Shown here piece by piece: positions 9,961 to 20,091 of a stretch of DNA of 62,684 nucleotides. The stretch comes from Bacteroidota bacterium (GTDB taxonomy: Bacteria; Bacteroidota; Bacteroidia; Bacteroidales; UBA12077), in contig JAXHVS010000142.1 in NCBI GenBank assembly GCA_034189025.1, forward strand, positions 66,147 through 128,830. The letters are read 5' to 3'. The notes beneath the pieces were generated by a model. It did no database searches and had not been told where the DNA came from. It saw only the letters and a program-made list of their open reading frames with translations. The translations under genes and the position numbers were made by a program. The first letter of the stretch is position 1. Every line of letters begins with the position of its first letter.

Positions 9961-12270
9961 ATGAAGATTAAAAAAATATTATTTGTAATACTTTTTACAG
10001 TATTATGGGCTAATATTACATTTAGCACAGAAAAAAATAATATTTTAATTCTAAATTCATACCATAAAGGTTTACAATGGACAGATAATATTATTGAAGG
10101 AATTACTGCCGGATTAGAAGAATATTCTGGTAATTCAGAAATTTTTATTGAATATCTCGACTCAAAAAGATTTTCCGATTCAATATATCACTCCCTCATT
10201 TTACAATTATACCATAAAAAATATACAAATATTAATCTAGATGTTATTATTTCATCGGACGATGATGCTTTTAAATTTCTTTTGACATATCGCGATAGTT
10301 TATTTGGGGATGTTCCTGTAATTTTTTCCGGAATTAATTGTCCCCATCAATATCCTAAGGGTTATACCGGAGTATTAGAAGAAGTAGATTTTATTGATAA
10401 TGTTCAATTAATAAAAAAGTTACATCCTGATTTTTCGAAAATTTATTTTTTGGCTGATAATACTAATACCGGCAATATTATTTATAAAAGAGCCCTCAAA
10501 GAGTTAAATCATTATACGGGTGATATTAAATATGAATTTTTACGCGATTATTCATTCGAGAAATTATATCAGAAAATTGCCGGATTAGATAAAAATTCGA
10601 TTGTCTTACTTACAGCTTTTAATAAAGATATCAATGGTGAATATTGCTCTTATGATGAAATAGCAAAGAATATCTCCATTATATCTCCTGTACCGGTATA
10701 TGGTGCCTGGACCTTTTATTTAAATAATGGGGTTGTTGGTGGTAAAATGAATAGCGGTAAGGTACAGGGTTTAATAGCAGGACAAATGGCTAAAAGAGTT
10801 CTTTGCGGAGAAGATGTAAATAAAATAAATGTTGAAATTGATTCTACCAGTTATTTTTTTGATTATAACCAACTTAAAAAGTTCAATATTGATCAGTCCG
10901 ATTTACCCGATAATTCCATTATCATTAATCATCCATTCGCGTTTTTTAAAGAATATAAGCAAGAATTAATTTATATCGCTATTATTATCGTTTTATTGAT
11001 ATTTGTGATTGGATTATTGTGGGTTAATATATTCATCAAAAGAAATAAATTACGTCAAAAAAAGAAATACCTCAGAGAAATAGAGTTAAACAATGAAAAA
11101 TTACTTTTAGCTAAAGAAAAAGTGGAAGAATCCAACAAGTTAAAATCAGCATTTTTGGCTAATATATCACATGAAATTAGAACTCCAATGAATGGGATTA
11201 TAGGATTTTCAAAGTTGTTAAAAGATAATCCCACTATCGATCGAGATACATTAACTAAATATTTAAGTATTATCAACAAAAGTGGTTATGTATTATTAAA
11301 TCTAATAGATGATATTATTGATCTGTCTAAGATTGAGGCTAATCATTTAAAAATTAATTACCGTGCATGCCGTATCAATAATATCATGGATGAATTATTA
11401 AGTTTTTATAACGAAGAAAAGAAAACCGTCGAAAAATCGCATATCCAGATTATTCTTGAAAAAGGTGTTGAAGATAGTGATTTTACAATTTATTCCGATC
11501 CTAGCCGAATTAATCAGGTATTGTTTAATTTATTAAGCAATGCGTTAAAATTTACATATAAAGGGAAAATTGTTTTTGGGTATAAAATTAGTTCAAATCA
11601 AATACTATTCTATGTGCGAGATACCGGTATTGGATTAGCTCCGTACGAATGTGAAATTATCTTTGAACGATTTAGACAGGTTGATGATAAAACAACACGA
11701 AAATATGGTGGCTCTGGGGTGGGGCTTTCTATATCCAAAGGTATTGTAGAAAACATGAATGGTAAAATATGGGTAGAATCACAAAAAGAGAATATTGATG
11801 AAAATAAATCTGGCGGATCGACTTTTTATTTTTCAATCCCATTAAAAATTATTGAAACTCCAAATATTTCTGTAAAGAAACAAGAAAAAAATTATATATG
11901 GCCAGGGAAAACAATACTAATTGTTGAAGATGCTCAAATCTCATATGAACTATTGACAAAATTCTTAAAGGATTCGCAAGTTAATTTCGTTCATGCAGAA
12001 AATGGGGAACAGGCCGTTGTACTTTGTAAGAATGAGCATTCTATTGATCTAGTATTGATGGATATTCAGCTACCCATGATGGATGGGCTGGAAACTACCA
12101 GGCAGATCAAACAAAACAACCCTAATTTGCCTGTTATTGCCCAAACAGCAAATGCAATGGATGAAGATCGTAAGAATATTATTGATGCAGGTTGCGATGA
12201 TTATATTGCTAAACCGATTAATAAATATTACCTTCTTGAAAAAATTGACAATTTCCTTAAAGCTAGTTAA
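9961..12270 (+). CDS. hybrid sensor histidine kinase/response regulator with a periplasmic substrate-binding-protein-like sensor domain
   Basis: 769 aa. Contains a signal/TM segment, a roughly 300-aa extracytoplasmic domain, a TM helix ([22 protein letters not shown]), a coiled coil, H-box [11 protein letters not shown], HATPase motifs ([15 protein letters not shown]) and a C-terminal receiver ([13 protein letters not shown] ... KP). Confidence 0.85.
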   Translation: MKIKKILFVILFTVLWANITFSTEKNNILILNSYHKGLQWTDNIIEGITAGLEEYSGNSEIFIEYLDSKRFSDSIYHSLILQLYHKKYTNINLDVIISSDDDAFKFLLTYRDSLFGDVPVIFSGINCPHQYPKGYTGVLEEVDFIDNVQLIKKLHPDFSKIYFLADNTNTGNIIYKRALKELNHYTGDIKYEFLRDYSFEKLYQKIAGLDKNSIVLLTAFNKDINGEYCSYDEIAKNISIISPVPVYGAWTFYLNNGVVGGKMNSGKVQGLIAGQMAKRVLCGEDVNKINVEIDSTSYFFDYNQLKKFNIDQSDLPDNSIIINHPFAFFKEYKQELIYIAIIIVLLIFVIGLLWVNIFIKRNKLRQKKKYLREIELNNEKLLLAKEKVEESNKLKSAFLANISHEIRTPMNGIIGFSKLLKDNPTIDRDTLTKYLSIINKSGYVLLNLIDDIIDLSKIEANHLKINYRACRINNIMDELLSFYNEEKKTVEKSHIQIILEKGVEDSDFTIYSDPSRINQVLFNLLSNALKFTYKGKIVFGYKISSNQILFYVRDTGIGLAPYECEIIFERFRQVDDKTTRKYGGSGVGLSISKGIVENMNGKIWVESQKENIDENKSGGSTFYFSIPLKIIETPNISVKKQEKNYIWPGKTILIVEDAQISYELLTKFLKDSQVNFVHAENGEQAVVLCKNEHSIDLVLMDIQLPMMDGLETTRQIKQNNPNLPVIAQTANAMDEDRKNIIDAGCDDYIAKPINKYYLLEKIDNFLKAS

Positions 12271-12404
12271 TTCATTAAAAAACTGATTTCTGTCATTGTT
12301 GCAAAACACTTCTTTTTTACTGTTATTACTGAGAAAAGTCACTATTTATATTTCTAACTTATCCAATATTTGCCCAAATTTTAAGGGATTAATTTTGGAT
12401 AACC

Positions 12405-13571
12405 ATGAATGCAATAAAAAGTATTAAAAAGTCAGATTTTTTAAGAAACAGACGTTACGAAGCTTTTGTTTTTCTTATCCTTTTTTTTGGTTTTTTCGGG
12501 TATCTCGGATCTGTAATGGGGATTACCAATTTACTTAATACCATTATGAACACTGCATGGGATTTACTCATGAATACGGTGTTTTTTATCATGGGAATAA
12601 CTGTATTATCAGGGGCACTGGGTAAATTAATGATTGAGTTTGGAGTGGTCCGGTTGCTGGAAATTTTCCTTGCTCCTTTAATGCGTCCCGTTTTTAAGCT
12701 GCCTGGGGTAGCTTCACTGGCAGGCCTTATGACTTTTTTTTCTGATAATCCGGCAATTATTAGTTTGTCGAATGATAAAAATTTTAGCCGCTATTTTAAA
12801 AAACACGAACTGATATCTTTAACCAACTTTGGTACTGCCTTTGGTATGGGGTTAATTGTTTTAACTTTTATGTCGAGCTTTGGTTTTTTTTGCCCGGCAA
12901 TGATTGGATTCCTGGGAGCCATAGTGGGGGCCGTTGTTTCTACCCGTTTAATGCAAGCCATGATTAAAGGAAAGTTAGATGAGGAACGCACTTTAAGCAA
13001 TGAAAAGGAAGATTCATCCTCTATCTCATTTAAATCTAAAGGAGGGGTATTCCTACGTTTTTTAAATTCAATTCTTGATGGAGGCAAATCTGGTGTTGAT
13101 TTAGGTTTACAGATTATCCCGGGTGTTTTAATCATTAGTACTATTGTTATGATTATTACTTTTGGACCGGATGATGCAAGTATTGGTTACCAGGGGTTAG
13201 CTTATGAAGGTGTACCTATTTTACCTAAAATTGCCAGTTGGTTTGGTTGGTTGTTTGATGGATTATTCGGGTTTAAAAATCCTGAACTGGTTGCATTTCC
13301 CATAACATCGCTGGGAGCTGTGGGTGCAGCTCTTTCATTAGTAAAAGCTTTTATCGGACAGGGTATCATTACCGGCAATGAAATTGCTGTATTTACGGCC
13401 ATGGGCATGTGCTGGAGTGGTTATTTAAGTACGCATACCGCAATGTTAGATACTTTAAATCACCGCTTTTTAACTTCCAAAGCCTTAATTTCTCATACCG
13501 TTGGAGGAATTGTTGCCGGCGCATTTGCACATTACCTCTATTTATTGTTGTCAATTTGGTTTAACTTTTAA
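12405..13571 (+). CDS. nucleoside-recognition (Gate) domain membrane protein, YjiH/SpmA-like
   Basis: 388-aa polytopic membrane protein. The family call comes from general resemblance (FSDNPAIISLSN, LTNFGTAFGMG), from memory. Confidence 0.6.
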   Translation: MNAIKSIKKSDFLRNRRYEAFVFLILFFGFFGYLGSVMGITNLLNTIMNTAWDLLMNTVFFIMGITVLSGALGKLMIEFGVVRLLEIFLAPLMRPVFKLPGVASLAGLMTFFSDNPAIISLSNDKNFSRYFKKHELISLTNFGTAFGMGLIVLTFMSSFGFFCPAMIGFLGAIVGAVVSTRLMQAMIKGKLDEERTLSNEKEDSSSISFKSKGGVFLRFLNSILDGGKSGVDLGLQIIPGVLIISTIVMIITFGPDDASIGYQGLAYEGVPILPKIASWFGWLFDGLFGFKNPELVAFPITSLGAVGAALSLVKAFIGQGIITGNEIAVFTAMGMCWSGYLSTHTAMLDTLNHRFLTSKALISHTVGGIVAGAFAHYLYLLLSIWFNF

Positions 13572-13590
13572 TAAGGATTCAGTAAAATTT

Positions 13591-13622
13591 AAAGCTCTGC
13601 AATTTATGCAGAGCTTTTTTTT
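13591..13622 (+). terminator. intrinsic terminator
   Basis: Perfect 11-bp stem AAAGCTCTGCA / TGCAGAGCTTT with a 5-nt loop, followed by a T-run. Confidence 0.8.
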
Positions 13623-13668
13623 AACTTATTAATTTTCTAATTTTAGCTCTCTTTTAAATTAATGTTAT

Positions 13669-15798
13669 ATGAATAATAAACACATACAATCTATTTCCTC
13701 TGCATTAGGTATTGCCAAATGGCAGGTAGAAAACACTATTCGTTTGTTTGACGATGGGGCAACCATTCCTTTTATAAGTAGATATAGAAAAGAAGTAACC
13801 GGTAGTTTAGACGAGGTACAGATTACTGCTATTAAAGATATCCTGGCCAGGTTGAAAGAAATCGGCCAGAGAAGGGAAACCATCTTAAAAACCATTGATG
13901 ATCAGGGGAAACTGACCGATGAGTTAAAAGAAAGAATTGAAAAGGCAGATTCGTTAACTGAATTGGAAGATATATACCTACCTTACAAACCGAAAAAGAA
14001 AACCCGGGCTAGCGTTGCCAAACAAAAAGGTCTTGAACCGCTGGCCAAAATAATTATGAAACAACAAGAGTTAAGGATAGAGGCCAGGGCCGAACAGTTT
14101 ATTAATGAAGAGGTACCAACCATTGATGATGCTTTACAGGGTGCCAGGGATATTATTGCCGAATGGATAAACGAAAATGAAAGAGCCCGGAATAATATTC
14201 GTCGGTTGTTTCAATATAAAGCAAACATCCGTTCAAAAGCTGTAAAAGGAAAAGAGCTGGAAGGAATTAAATATAAAGATTATTTTGAGTGGGAGGAACC
14301 ATTAAAAAAGTGTCCCTCACACAGGTTATTGGCTATGCGGCGAGGCGAAAACGAAGGTTTTTTGAAAGTCTCAATTTCTCCTAATGAAGAGGAGGCGCTG
14401 GAAATTCTTGGGAAACAATTTGTTAAAGGAAGTTATGATGTTTCTCAACAAGTAGGTATAGCTGTTAAAGACAGCTACAAAAGATTACTTGAGCCTTCGA
14501 TTGAAACAGAATTTAAAAACTCATCCAAAGAAAAAGCCGATGAAGCGGCCATCAATGTTTTTGCTGATAACTTACGTCAGTTATTACTCGCCCCGCCACT
14601 AGGCCAGAAAAATGTACTGGCAATCGATCCGGGTTATAGAACCGGCTGCAAAGTGGTTTGTCTCGATGCTCAGGGGAACTTACTCCATAACGAAACCATT
14701 TATCCGCATCATCCACAAAATGAAAAAGGCATGGCCATGAAAAAAATAGATTCAATGGTAGAAACTTTTAAAATTGATGCCATAGCTATTGGTAACGGAA
14801 CCGCAAGCCGCGAAACCGAAGCGTTAATTAAGCGAATACGTTTTTCGAAAGATGTCCATGTATTTGTAGTGAGTGAGGATGGCGCATCTGTTTATTCCGC
14901 TTCTTCCGTGGCCAGGGAAGAATTTCCCGAGTATGATGTTACTGTTCGTGGAGCGGTTTCTATTGGTCGAAGATTGATGGACCCGTTAGCTGAGTTGGTA
15001 AAAATTGATCCAAAATCAATAGGTGTAGGGCAATATCAGCATGATGTAGACCAAAATAAACTAAAAAATAAACTGGACCAGGTTGTTGAAAGTTGTGTTA
15101 ATCTGGTAGGAGTTAATCTGAATACAGCCAGTAAACACCTTTTAAATTATATTTCAGGACTGGGGCCCCAATTAGCTCAAAATATTGTTGATTACCGCAA
15201 AGAAAATGGAGTATTTCAATCGCGAAAAGAGTTGTTAAAAGTAAAACGGATGGGCGATAAAGCTTTCCAGCAGTCAGCAGGATTTTTACGAATTAGCGAA
15301 GCAAAGAACCCGTTGGATAATACTGCAGTTCACCCTGAGAGTTATTTAATTGTAAAAAAAATGGCTAATGATCAAAATTGTGAAGTAATTGAGTTAATTA
15401 AAAATGAAAATCTGCGTAAGCAAATTGTTCTGAATAATTATGTTACGGATGAAGTGGGCCTGCCTACGTTAACCGATATTATGGATGAACTGGCAAAACC
15501 CGGACGCGACCCGCGAAAAGGAATTAAAGTGTTTGAGTTTGCCGAGGGAATTCATAAAATGGAAGATTTAAAAGAAGGTATGGTATTACCCGGAATTATT
15601 ACCAATATTACTAATTTTGGTGCTTTTGTAGATGTTGGGGTAAAACAGGATGGGCTGGTTCATATTTCACAATTAGCCAATCGTTTTGTATCTGATCCAA
15701 ACGAAATTGTGAAACTGCATCAGCATGTAAAAGTAAAAGTATTAGAAGTGGATATTGCAAGGAAACGCATTCAGCTTACCATGAAAAATGTAGAATAA
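13669..15798 (+). CDS. tex: Tex-like transcription accessory protein (YqgF/HhH/S1 domains)
   Basis: 709 aa. N-terminus IAKWQVENTIRLFDDGATIPFISRYRKE, YqgF-like IDPGYRTGCK, HhH region, and C-terminal S1 domain GIITNITNFGAFVDVG. Confidence 0.92.
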   Translation: MNNKHIQSISSALGIAKWQVENTIRLFDDGATIPFISRYRKEVTGSLDEVQITAIKDILARLKEIGQRRETILKTIDDQGKLTDELKERIEKADSLTELEDIYLPYKPKKKTRASVAKQKGLEPLAKIIMKQQELRIEARAEQFINEEVPTIDDALQGARDIIAEWINENERARNNIRRLFQYKANIRSKAVKGKELEGIKYKDYFEWEEPLKKCPSHRLLAMRRGENEGFLKVSISPNEEEALEILGKQFVKGSYDVSQQVGIAVKDSYKRLLEPSIETEFKNSSKEKADEAAINVFADNLRQLLLAPPLGQKNVLAIDPGYRTGCKVVCLDAQGNLLHNETIYPHHPQNEKGMAMKKIDSMVETFKIDAIAIGNGTASRETEALIKRIRFSKDVHVFVVSEDGASVYSASSVAREEFPEYDVTVRGAVSIGRRLMDPLAELVKIDPKSIGVGQYQHDVDQNKLKNKLDQVVESCVNLVGVNLNTASKHLLNYISGLGPQLAQNIVDYRKENGVFQSRKELLKVKRMGDKAFQQSAGFLRISEAKNPLDNTAVHPESYLIVKKMANDQNCEVIELIKNENLRKQIVLNNYVTDEVGLPTLTDIMDELAKPGRDPRKGIKVFEFAEGIHKMEDLKEGMVLPGIITNITNFGAFVDVGVKQDGLVHISQLANRFVSDPNEIVKLHQHVKVKVLEVDIARKRIQLTMKNVE

Positions 15799-16247
15799 TG
15801 AAAATAAAATTAGTGTATAAAGTTTTATCTATTTGTTTGTTTTCTCTGTTTTTGATTTGTTGTAATTTTTTTAAGAAGGAGTCAGGCGCTGAGGATTATC
15901 CTCCGGATATGCATACTTCAGAAATTAGCCTCGACTGGCAGGGAACATACAAAGGAGTGCTTCCTTGTGCCGATTGCCCAGGCATTGAAACAGAAATTAC
16001 GCTTTATAAGGATAAAAGGTACTCCAAAAAGACAAAATACCAGGGAGAAGATAATCTGCAGGTTTTTGAGCAAAACGGAACTTTTGTTTGGGATAGCACG
16101 GGCTCTGTTATTCAGTTGGATTCGAAAAAAAATGCTGCAACCAGGTATAAAGTAGGTGAAAACTATTTACTGCAACTTGATTTGGAGGGAAATGAAATAC
16201 ATGGGGATTTAAATAAACATTATATTTTAGTGAAGATGCTGGAATAA
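15798..16247 (+). CDS. NlpE/CutF N-terminal-domain lipoprotein (copper resistance-like)
   Basis: 149 aa with a signal peptide containing Cys (LFLICCNF) and the CADCPGIETEITL motif typical of the NlpE N-domain. TAATG overlap with the tex stop. Confidence 0.7.
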   Translation: MKIKLVYKVLSICLFSLFLICCNFFKKESGAEDYPPDMHTSEISLDWQGTYKGVLPCADCPGIETEITLYKDKRYSKKTKYQGEDNLQVFEQNGTFVWDSTGSVIQLDSKKNAATRYKVGENYLLQLDLEGNEIHGDLNKHYILVKMLE

Positions 16248-16282
16248 AAAAAGCCCTATAAAAAATAGGGCTGTAAGTTTTT
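16248..16282. terminator. bidirectional intrinsic terminator between convergent genes
   Basis: 8-bp stem AGCCCTAT / ATAGGGCT flanked by an A-run upstream and a T-run downstream. It can serve nlpE-like (+) and the SDR gene (-). Confidence 0.75.
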
Positions 16283-16298
16283 CTGTTTTTATTTTCAT

Positions 16299-17063
16299 TT
16301 AAGCAGTCATTCCTCCATCAATTGGGTTCACGGTTCCGGTGATGAATTCACTATCATCGCCGGCCAGAAACAGCATTAATTTAGCTACTTCTTCGTTGGT
16401 GGCATAGCGGCCAAGCGGAATGGACTGTTCAAAATTTGTTTTTGCATTATTTGCTTCTCCCGGAGCAAAACCTTCCTCTAACGAACGCATCATTCGGTTA
16501 TCTACTGGCGATGGGTTAATTGTGTTAACTCGGATTTTGTGAGGAGCTCCTTCCAATGCTGCTGTTTTCATCATACCAATAACCGCATGTTTGCTGGTTA
16601 CATAAGGCAGTATATTAGGGGTTCCTGTAAGTCCGGCTACCGACGAAGTGATGACAATGCTCCCGCCTTTATTTTTCATATGTGGGAATACATGACGTAG
16701 GCCATAATAGACACCTTTCACATTAATATCAATAACCTTGTTAAATTCATCCAGAGGATATTCATCCAGCGGAATTACTTTTCCCTCTATACCTGCATTG
16801 TTGAAAAAAATATCAATGGCACCAAATTTTTTAATAGTTTCATCCACATATTTTTTGGTTTGTTGCTCATCGGAAACATCAGCAACAACATAGGCCGATT
16901 TATCTTTCCCAATATCGTTGATCGTTTCTTTTAACGCATCTTCATTAATATCAACGAGCATTACTTTAGCTCCTTCATTTACAAGCATTTTTGCTGCAGT
17001 GGCTCCTATACTACCAGAACCTCCGGTTATTAAAGCAACTTTATTTTCAAATTTTTTCATCAT
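16299..17063 (-). CDS. SDR-family oxidoreductase
   Basis: TGGSGSIG cofactor motif, NNAG, and the catalytic S...YxxxK (YVTSKHAV). The track ORF extends to 17123, but the internal Met giving MMKKFENKVALITGG fits the family N-terminus. Confidence 0.85.
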   Translation of the reverse strand: MMKKFENKVALITGGSGSIGATAAKMLVNEGAKVMLVDINEDALKETINDIGKDKSAYVVADVSDEQQTKKYVDETIKKFGAIDIFFNNAGIEGKVIPLDEYPLDEFNKVIDINVKGVYYGLRHVFPHMKNKGGSIVITSSVAGLTGTPNILPYVTSKHAVIGMMKTAALEGAPHKIRVNTINPSPVDNRMMRSLEEGFAPGEANNAKTNFEQSIPLGRYATNEEVAKLMLFLAGDDSEFITGTVNPIDGGMTA

Positions 17064-17156
17064 ATTTGTGTTTTTAGTTTGTTTATTGTGTATAACAACG
17101 ATATATTTCTTTTGTTTACCCAAATGCTTATTTAATAAAATTTATATTTTTATTTT

Positions 17157-17852
17157 TTAACTATTCATTGCAAAATCAACTGTTTTTTCAGCATGTATAG
17201 TGGTAGTATCAAATACAGGAATTGACACATCATCTTGTTTTATGAGTAGAGGGATTTCTGTACATCCTAAAATAACACCCTGTGCACCTTTTTTAGCCAA
17301 CTGTTCAATAATTTGGATATATTTTTCTCGTGATTCATCTTTAATTTCTCCCAAAACTAATTCATTGTAAATAATGTTATGCACCGCTTCTAAATCATCT
17401 CCTTCGGGGGTTAAAACATTTATCCCATGATTTTTTATTAAACGGCCTTTGTAAAAATCATGCTGCATGGTAAATTTTGTCCCAAGGAGAGCAATAGTAT
17501 CCAGATTTTTTTCCTTGATCGCTTCGGCAGTTGCATCGGCAATATGTAAAATCGGGATGGAAATATGTTTTTGAACTTCATCATACATTTTATGCATAGT
17601 GTTGGTGCATATGGTAAGCATTTGAGCTCCTCCTTTTTCAATTTTCAGGGCTGCTTCAATCATAATTTGGGTGAGTTCCTCCCATCTGTCTTCATGCTGT
17701 AATTTTTTTATCGGGTCAAAATCTACCGAGTACATTATACATTCGCATGAGTGGTGTCCGCCTAATAATTTCTTTACTTTTTGGTTTATTAATTTATAAT
17801 ACACCAACGAAGATTCCCAACTCATACCTCCAAGTAAACCTATTGTTTTCAT
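17157..17852 (-). CDS. aspartate/glutamate racemase family protein
   Basis: 231 aa with MKTIGLLGGMSWESS and two catalytic-Cys regions (TICTNTMH, ILGCTEIPL). Confidence 0.8.
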   Translation of the reverse strand: MKTIGLLGGMSWESSLVYYKLINQKVKKLLGGHHSCECIMYSVDFDPIKKLQHEDRWEELTQIMIEAALKIEKGGAQMLTICTNTMHKMYDEVQKHISIPILHIADATAEAIKEKNLDTIALLGTKFTMQHDFYKGRLIKNHGINVLTPEGDDLEAVHNIIYNELVLGEIKDESREKYIQIIEQLAKKGAQGVILGCTEIPLLIKQDDVSIPVFDTTTIHAEKTVDFAMNS

Positions 17853-17903
17853 ATCCTTTTCATTTAATTTAATTTATCGCAATACAATCTAATAGGTTAA
17901 ATA

Positions 17904-17920
17904 CTAATTTCCTACAAAAT
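17904..17920 (+). promoter_or_regulatory. candidate response-regulator operator copy (CTAATTTCCTACAAAAT)
   Basis: 15/17 identical to the word at 20006-20022. Its 15-nt core starts 22 nt upstream of the -7 box at 17928. Confidence 0.4.
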
Positions 17921-17927
17921 TTTAAAT

Positions 17928-17935
17928 TATTTTTG
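17928..17935 (+). promoter_or_regulatory. Bacteroidota-type -7 promoter box TATTTTTG (TAnnTTTG)
   Basis: Exact match to TAnnTTTG, 16 nt upstream of ATG 17951. Confidence 0.4.
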
Positions 17936-17950
17936 ACAAAAAGTAATAGC

Positions 17951-18628
17951 ATGAAATTATTAATTGTAGAAGACCATTTTCAATTGGCAGATGATTTATC
18001 CAGATTTTTGGGTGAGAATGGGTTTGTAGTTGAAATAGCTGACACATTGGAAAAAGCAAAAGAAAAGGTTGAACTGTATCATTATGAATTGATTATTCTT
18101 GATATTGGCTTGCCTGATGGTAGCGGTTTAGATGTTATTAAACTATTGAAGAAGAGAAAATCTGATTCAGGCATTTTAATTGTAACGGCTAAAAATGCTA
18201 TTGAAGATAAAGTAAAAGGACTTGAATTAGGTGCTGATGATTATATTACCAAGCCGTTTCATAAAGCAGAGTTAAATGCACGGGTACGATCAATTATTCG
18301 TCGAAAAAAATTTAATGGGAGTAATGTTATATTAATCAATAAGATTGAAATTGATTTAAACTCGATGGCCGTAAAAGTGGATGATAAGGAACTCGATCTT
18401 ACACGAAAAGAATACGATTTATTGTTGTACTTTATCTATAATAAAAATCGGGTATTAACCAAAGAAAGTATTGCAGAACATTTGTGGGGCGACCATATCG
18501 ACCAGGCCGACAATTTTGATTTTATCTATAATCATATTAAAAACCTGCGTAAAAAACTACAACAAGCAGGCGCAGGAAATCATATTCGCTCTGTATATGG
18601 TATGGGGTATAAATTTTATGAACTTTAA
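17951..18628 (+). CDS. OmpR/PhoB-family response regulator
   Basis: Receiver domain (MKLLIVEDH, LIILDIGLPDGSG, KP) plus a winged-helix C-terminus (LTRKEYDLLLYF ... VYGMGYKF). The track ORF begins at TTG 17933; ATG 17951 is preferred. Confidence 0.9.
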   Translation: MKLLIVEDHFQLADDLSRFLGENGFVVEIADTLEKAKEKVELYHYELIILDIGLPDGSGLDVIKLLKKRKSDSGILIVTAKNAIEDKVKGLELGADDYITKPFHKAELNARVRSIIRRKKFNGSNVILINKIEIDLNSMAVKVDDKELDLTRKEYDLLLYFIYNKNRVLTKESIAEHLWGDHIDQADNFDFIYNHIKNLRKKLQQAGAGNHIRSVYGMGYKFYEL

Positions 18629-18637
18629 TTTTGAGAT

Positions 18638-19912
18638 ATGTTTAAATTCAGATCCTTTCGGTTATTAACTAAAACAAGCTTTTTTTATTTGTTATTTATC
18701 CTGGCAACATTTTTTATCAGTGGCAGGTATCTTATCAATAAAGCGGATAGTTATATCAATGAGGAAACCGAACATTTTTTTCGATTCAGAGAAGAACATG
18801 TGGCACGATATCTAGATAAAGGGAAAGATCCTGCTAAATTAAAATTTATTGATATAACCCTGATTGACTCTACCAAAAATTATTCGGATTATCCTAGATA
18901 TTCTGATACATTAATATATATTGATGAAATAGATGAAGAACAGTTACACCGGAAAAAAAGTGTGATCGTAGAAGCCAATGGTAAATCGTATCTTCTAGAA
19001 ATGTTGATTAATATAGATGATTTTACAAAATTGAAATCAGATGTGGCAGGTAGGATTGTCCCGGCATTTATTATTTTAGCCTTAGTAATTGTTTTGTTTA
19101 CTACCTTTTTATCCGGATTTTTATTTCAGCCTTTTTATCGAATATTAAGCCATATTGATCGCTATAAGGTGGGTAAGGGAATGAACATCCCTAAAGTTAA
19201 AACTTCAAGTAAAGAATTTCAGAAATTGCAATTACTTTTTAGAAATATGGTAACCCGCATTGAAGATGATTACCGAAATTTGAAAGAATATACCGAAAAT
19301 ATGGCACACGAGATTCAAACACCGTTAACTATTATACGTAATAAAACGGAAAGATTGATTGCAGATGAAGAGTTAATGAAAAAAAATGCCGATACCGTTA
19401 AAATTATCTACGAAGAAACAAATCATTTGTCTAAGTTAGGAAATGCTTTAAACTTGTTAACCAAAATTGAGAACGGAGAATATAACAACACAGAGGTAAT
19501 TAAAACAAAAGACTTAATTCTAAAACATGTTGATGCCATTGATGAATTGTTACAATTAAAATCAATGACTATTGAAACCGATTTAGCCGATGGCCATCAA
19601 ATTATATTAGATCCTTTCTTATTTGATATATTACTTAAAAATTTAATCCGTAATGCTATTCGTTATGGCAGTAACCATGGGCCGATTAAAATTACAACAA
19701 CCCAGGATCAGCTGATTGTTAGCAATTATGGCGATACACTTTCTGTTTCTCCGGGAAAAATATTCGAACGTTTCTATTCTTCCAACTCAACAGGGCAATC
19801 GCTGGGCTTGGGACTTTCATTAGTCAAAAAAATTTGTGATTTGAATCAATTAAACATTGTCTACGAATACAATAATAAACAGCATTTTTTTATTATTTCT
19901 ACTAAAAAATAA
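18638..19912 (+). CDS. sensor histidine kinase (partner of the preceding regulator)
   Basis: 424 aa with two TM helices, H-box MAHEIQTPLT, N-box LIRNAIRYG and G-box GLGLSLVKKI. Lies 10 nt after the regulator gene. Confidence 0.85.
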   Translation: MFKFRSFRLLTKTSFFYLLFILATFFISGRYLINKADSYINEETEHFFRFREEHVARYLDKGKDPAKLKFIDITLIDSTKNYSDYPRYSDTLIYIDEIDEEQLHRKKSVIVEANGKSYLLEMLINIDDFTKLKSDVAGRIVPAFIILALVIVLFTTFLSGFLFQPFYRILSHIDRYKVGKGMNIPKVKTSSKEFQKLQLLFRNMVTRIEDDYRNLKEYTENMAHEIQTPLTIIRNKTERLIADEELMKKNADTVKIIYEETNHLSKLGNALNLLTKIENGEYNNTEVIKTKDLILKHVDAIDELLQLKSMTIETDLADGHQIILDPFLFDILLKNLIRNAIRYGSNHGPIKITTTQDQLIVSNYGDTLSVSPGKIFERFYSSNSTGQSLGLGLSLVKKICDLNQLNIVYEYNNKQHFFIISTKK

Positions 19913-20005
19913 ATCTGTATTAAACTTTTTAGATACTTTGTTGTCTTTAATGCTAAAAATTATCGAGTAGAGTTGTAATATGTACACGTATAATTTGTCA
20001 AACTA

Positions 20006-20022
20006 CTAAATTGCTACAAAAT
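20006..20022 (+). promoter_or_regulatory. distal copy of a direct repeat (CTAAATTGCTACAAAAT)
   Basis: The 15-nt core AAATTGCTACAAAAT is repeated exactly at 20030-20044. Confidence 0.4.
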
Positions 20023-20029
20023 TAATATC

Positions 20030-20044
20030 AAATTGCTACAAAAT
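20030..20044 (+). promoter_or_regulatory. proximal copy of a direct repeat (AAATTGCTACAAAAT)
   Basis: Exact 15-nt repeat placed 22 bp from the first copy. It starts 22 nt upstream of the -7 box at 20052. Confidence 0.4.
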
Positions 20045-20051
20045 CATTTTT

Positions 20052-20059
20052 TAGGTTTG
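20052..20059 (+). promoter_or_regulatory. Bacteroidota-type -7 promoter box TAGGTTTG
   Basis: Matches TAnnTTTG, 33 nt upstream of ATG 20092. Confidence 0.4.
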
Positions 20060-20091
20060 TTGCAGAAATTAATTAAAAAGAATATTATATT

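Noticed and set aside
12791-13135. 114-aa minus-strand ORF inside the Gate-domain membrane protein gene
   Set aside because: It is antisense to a longer, coherent membrane-protein ORF and has no motif or start context.
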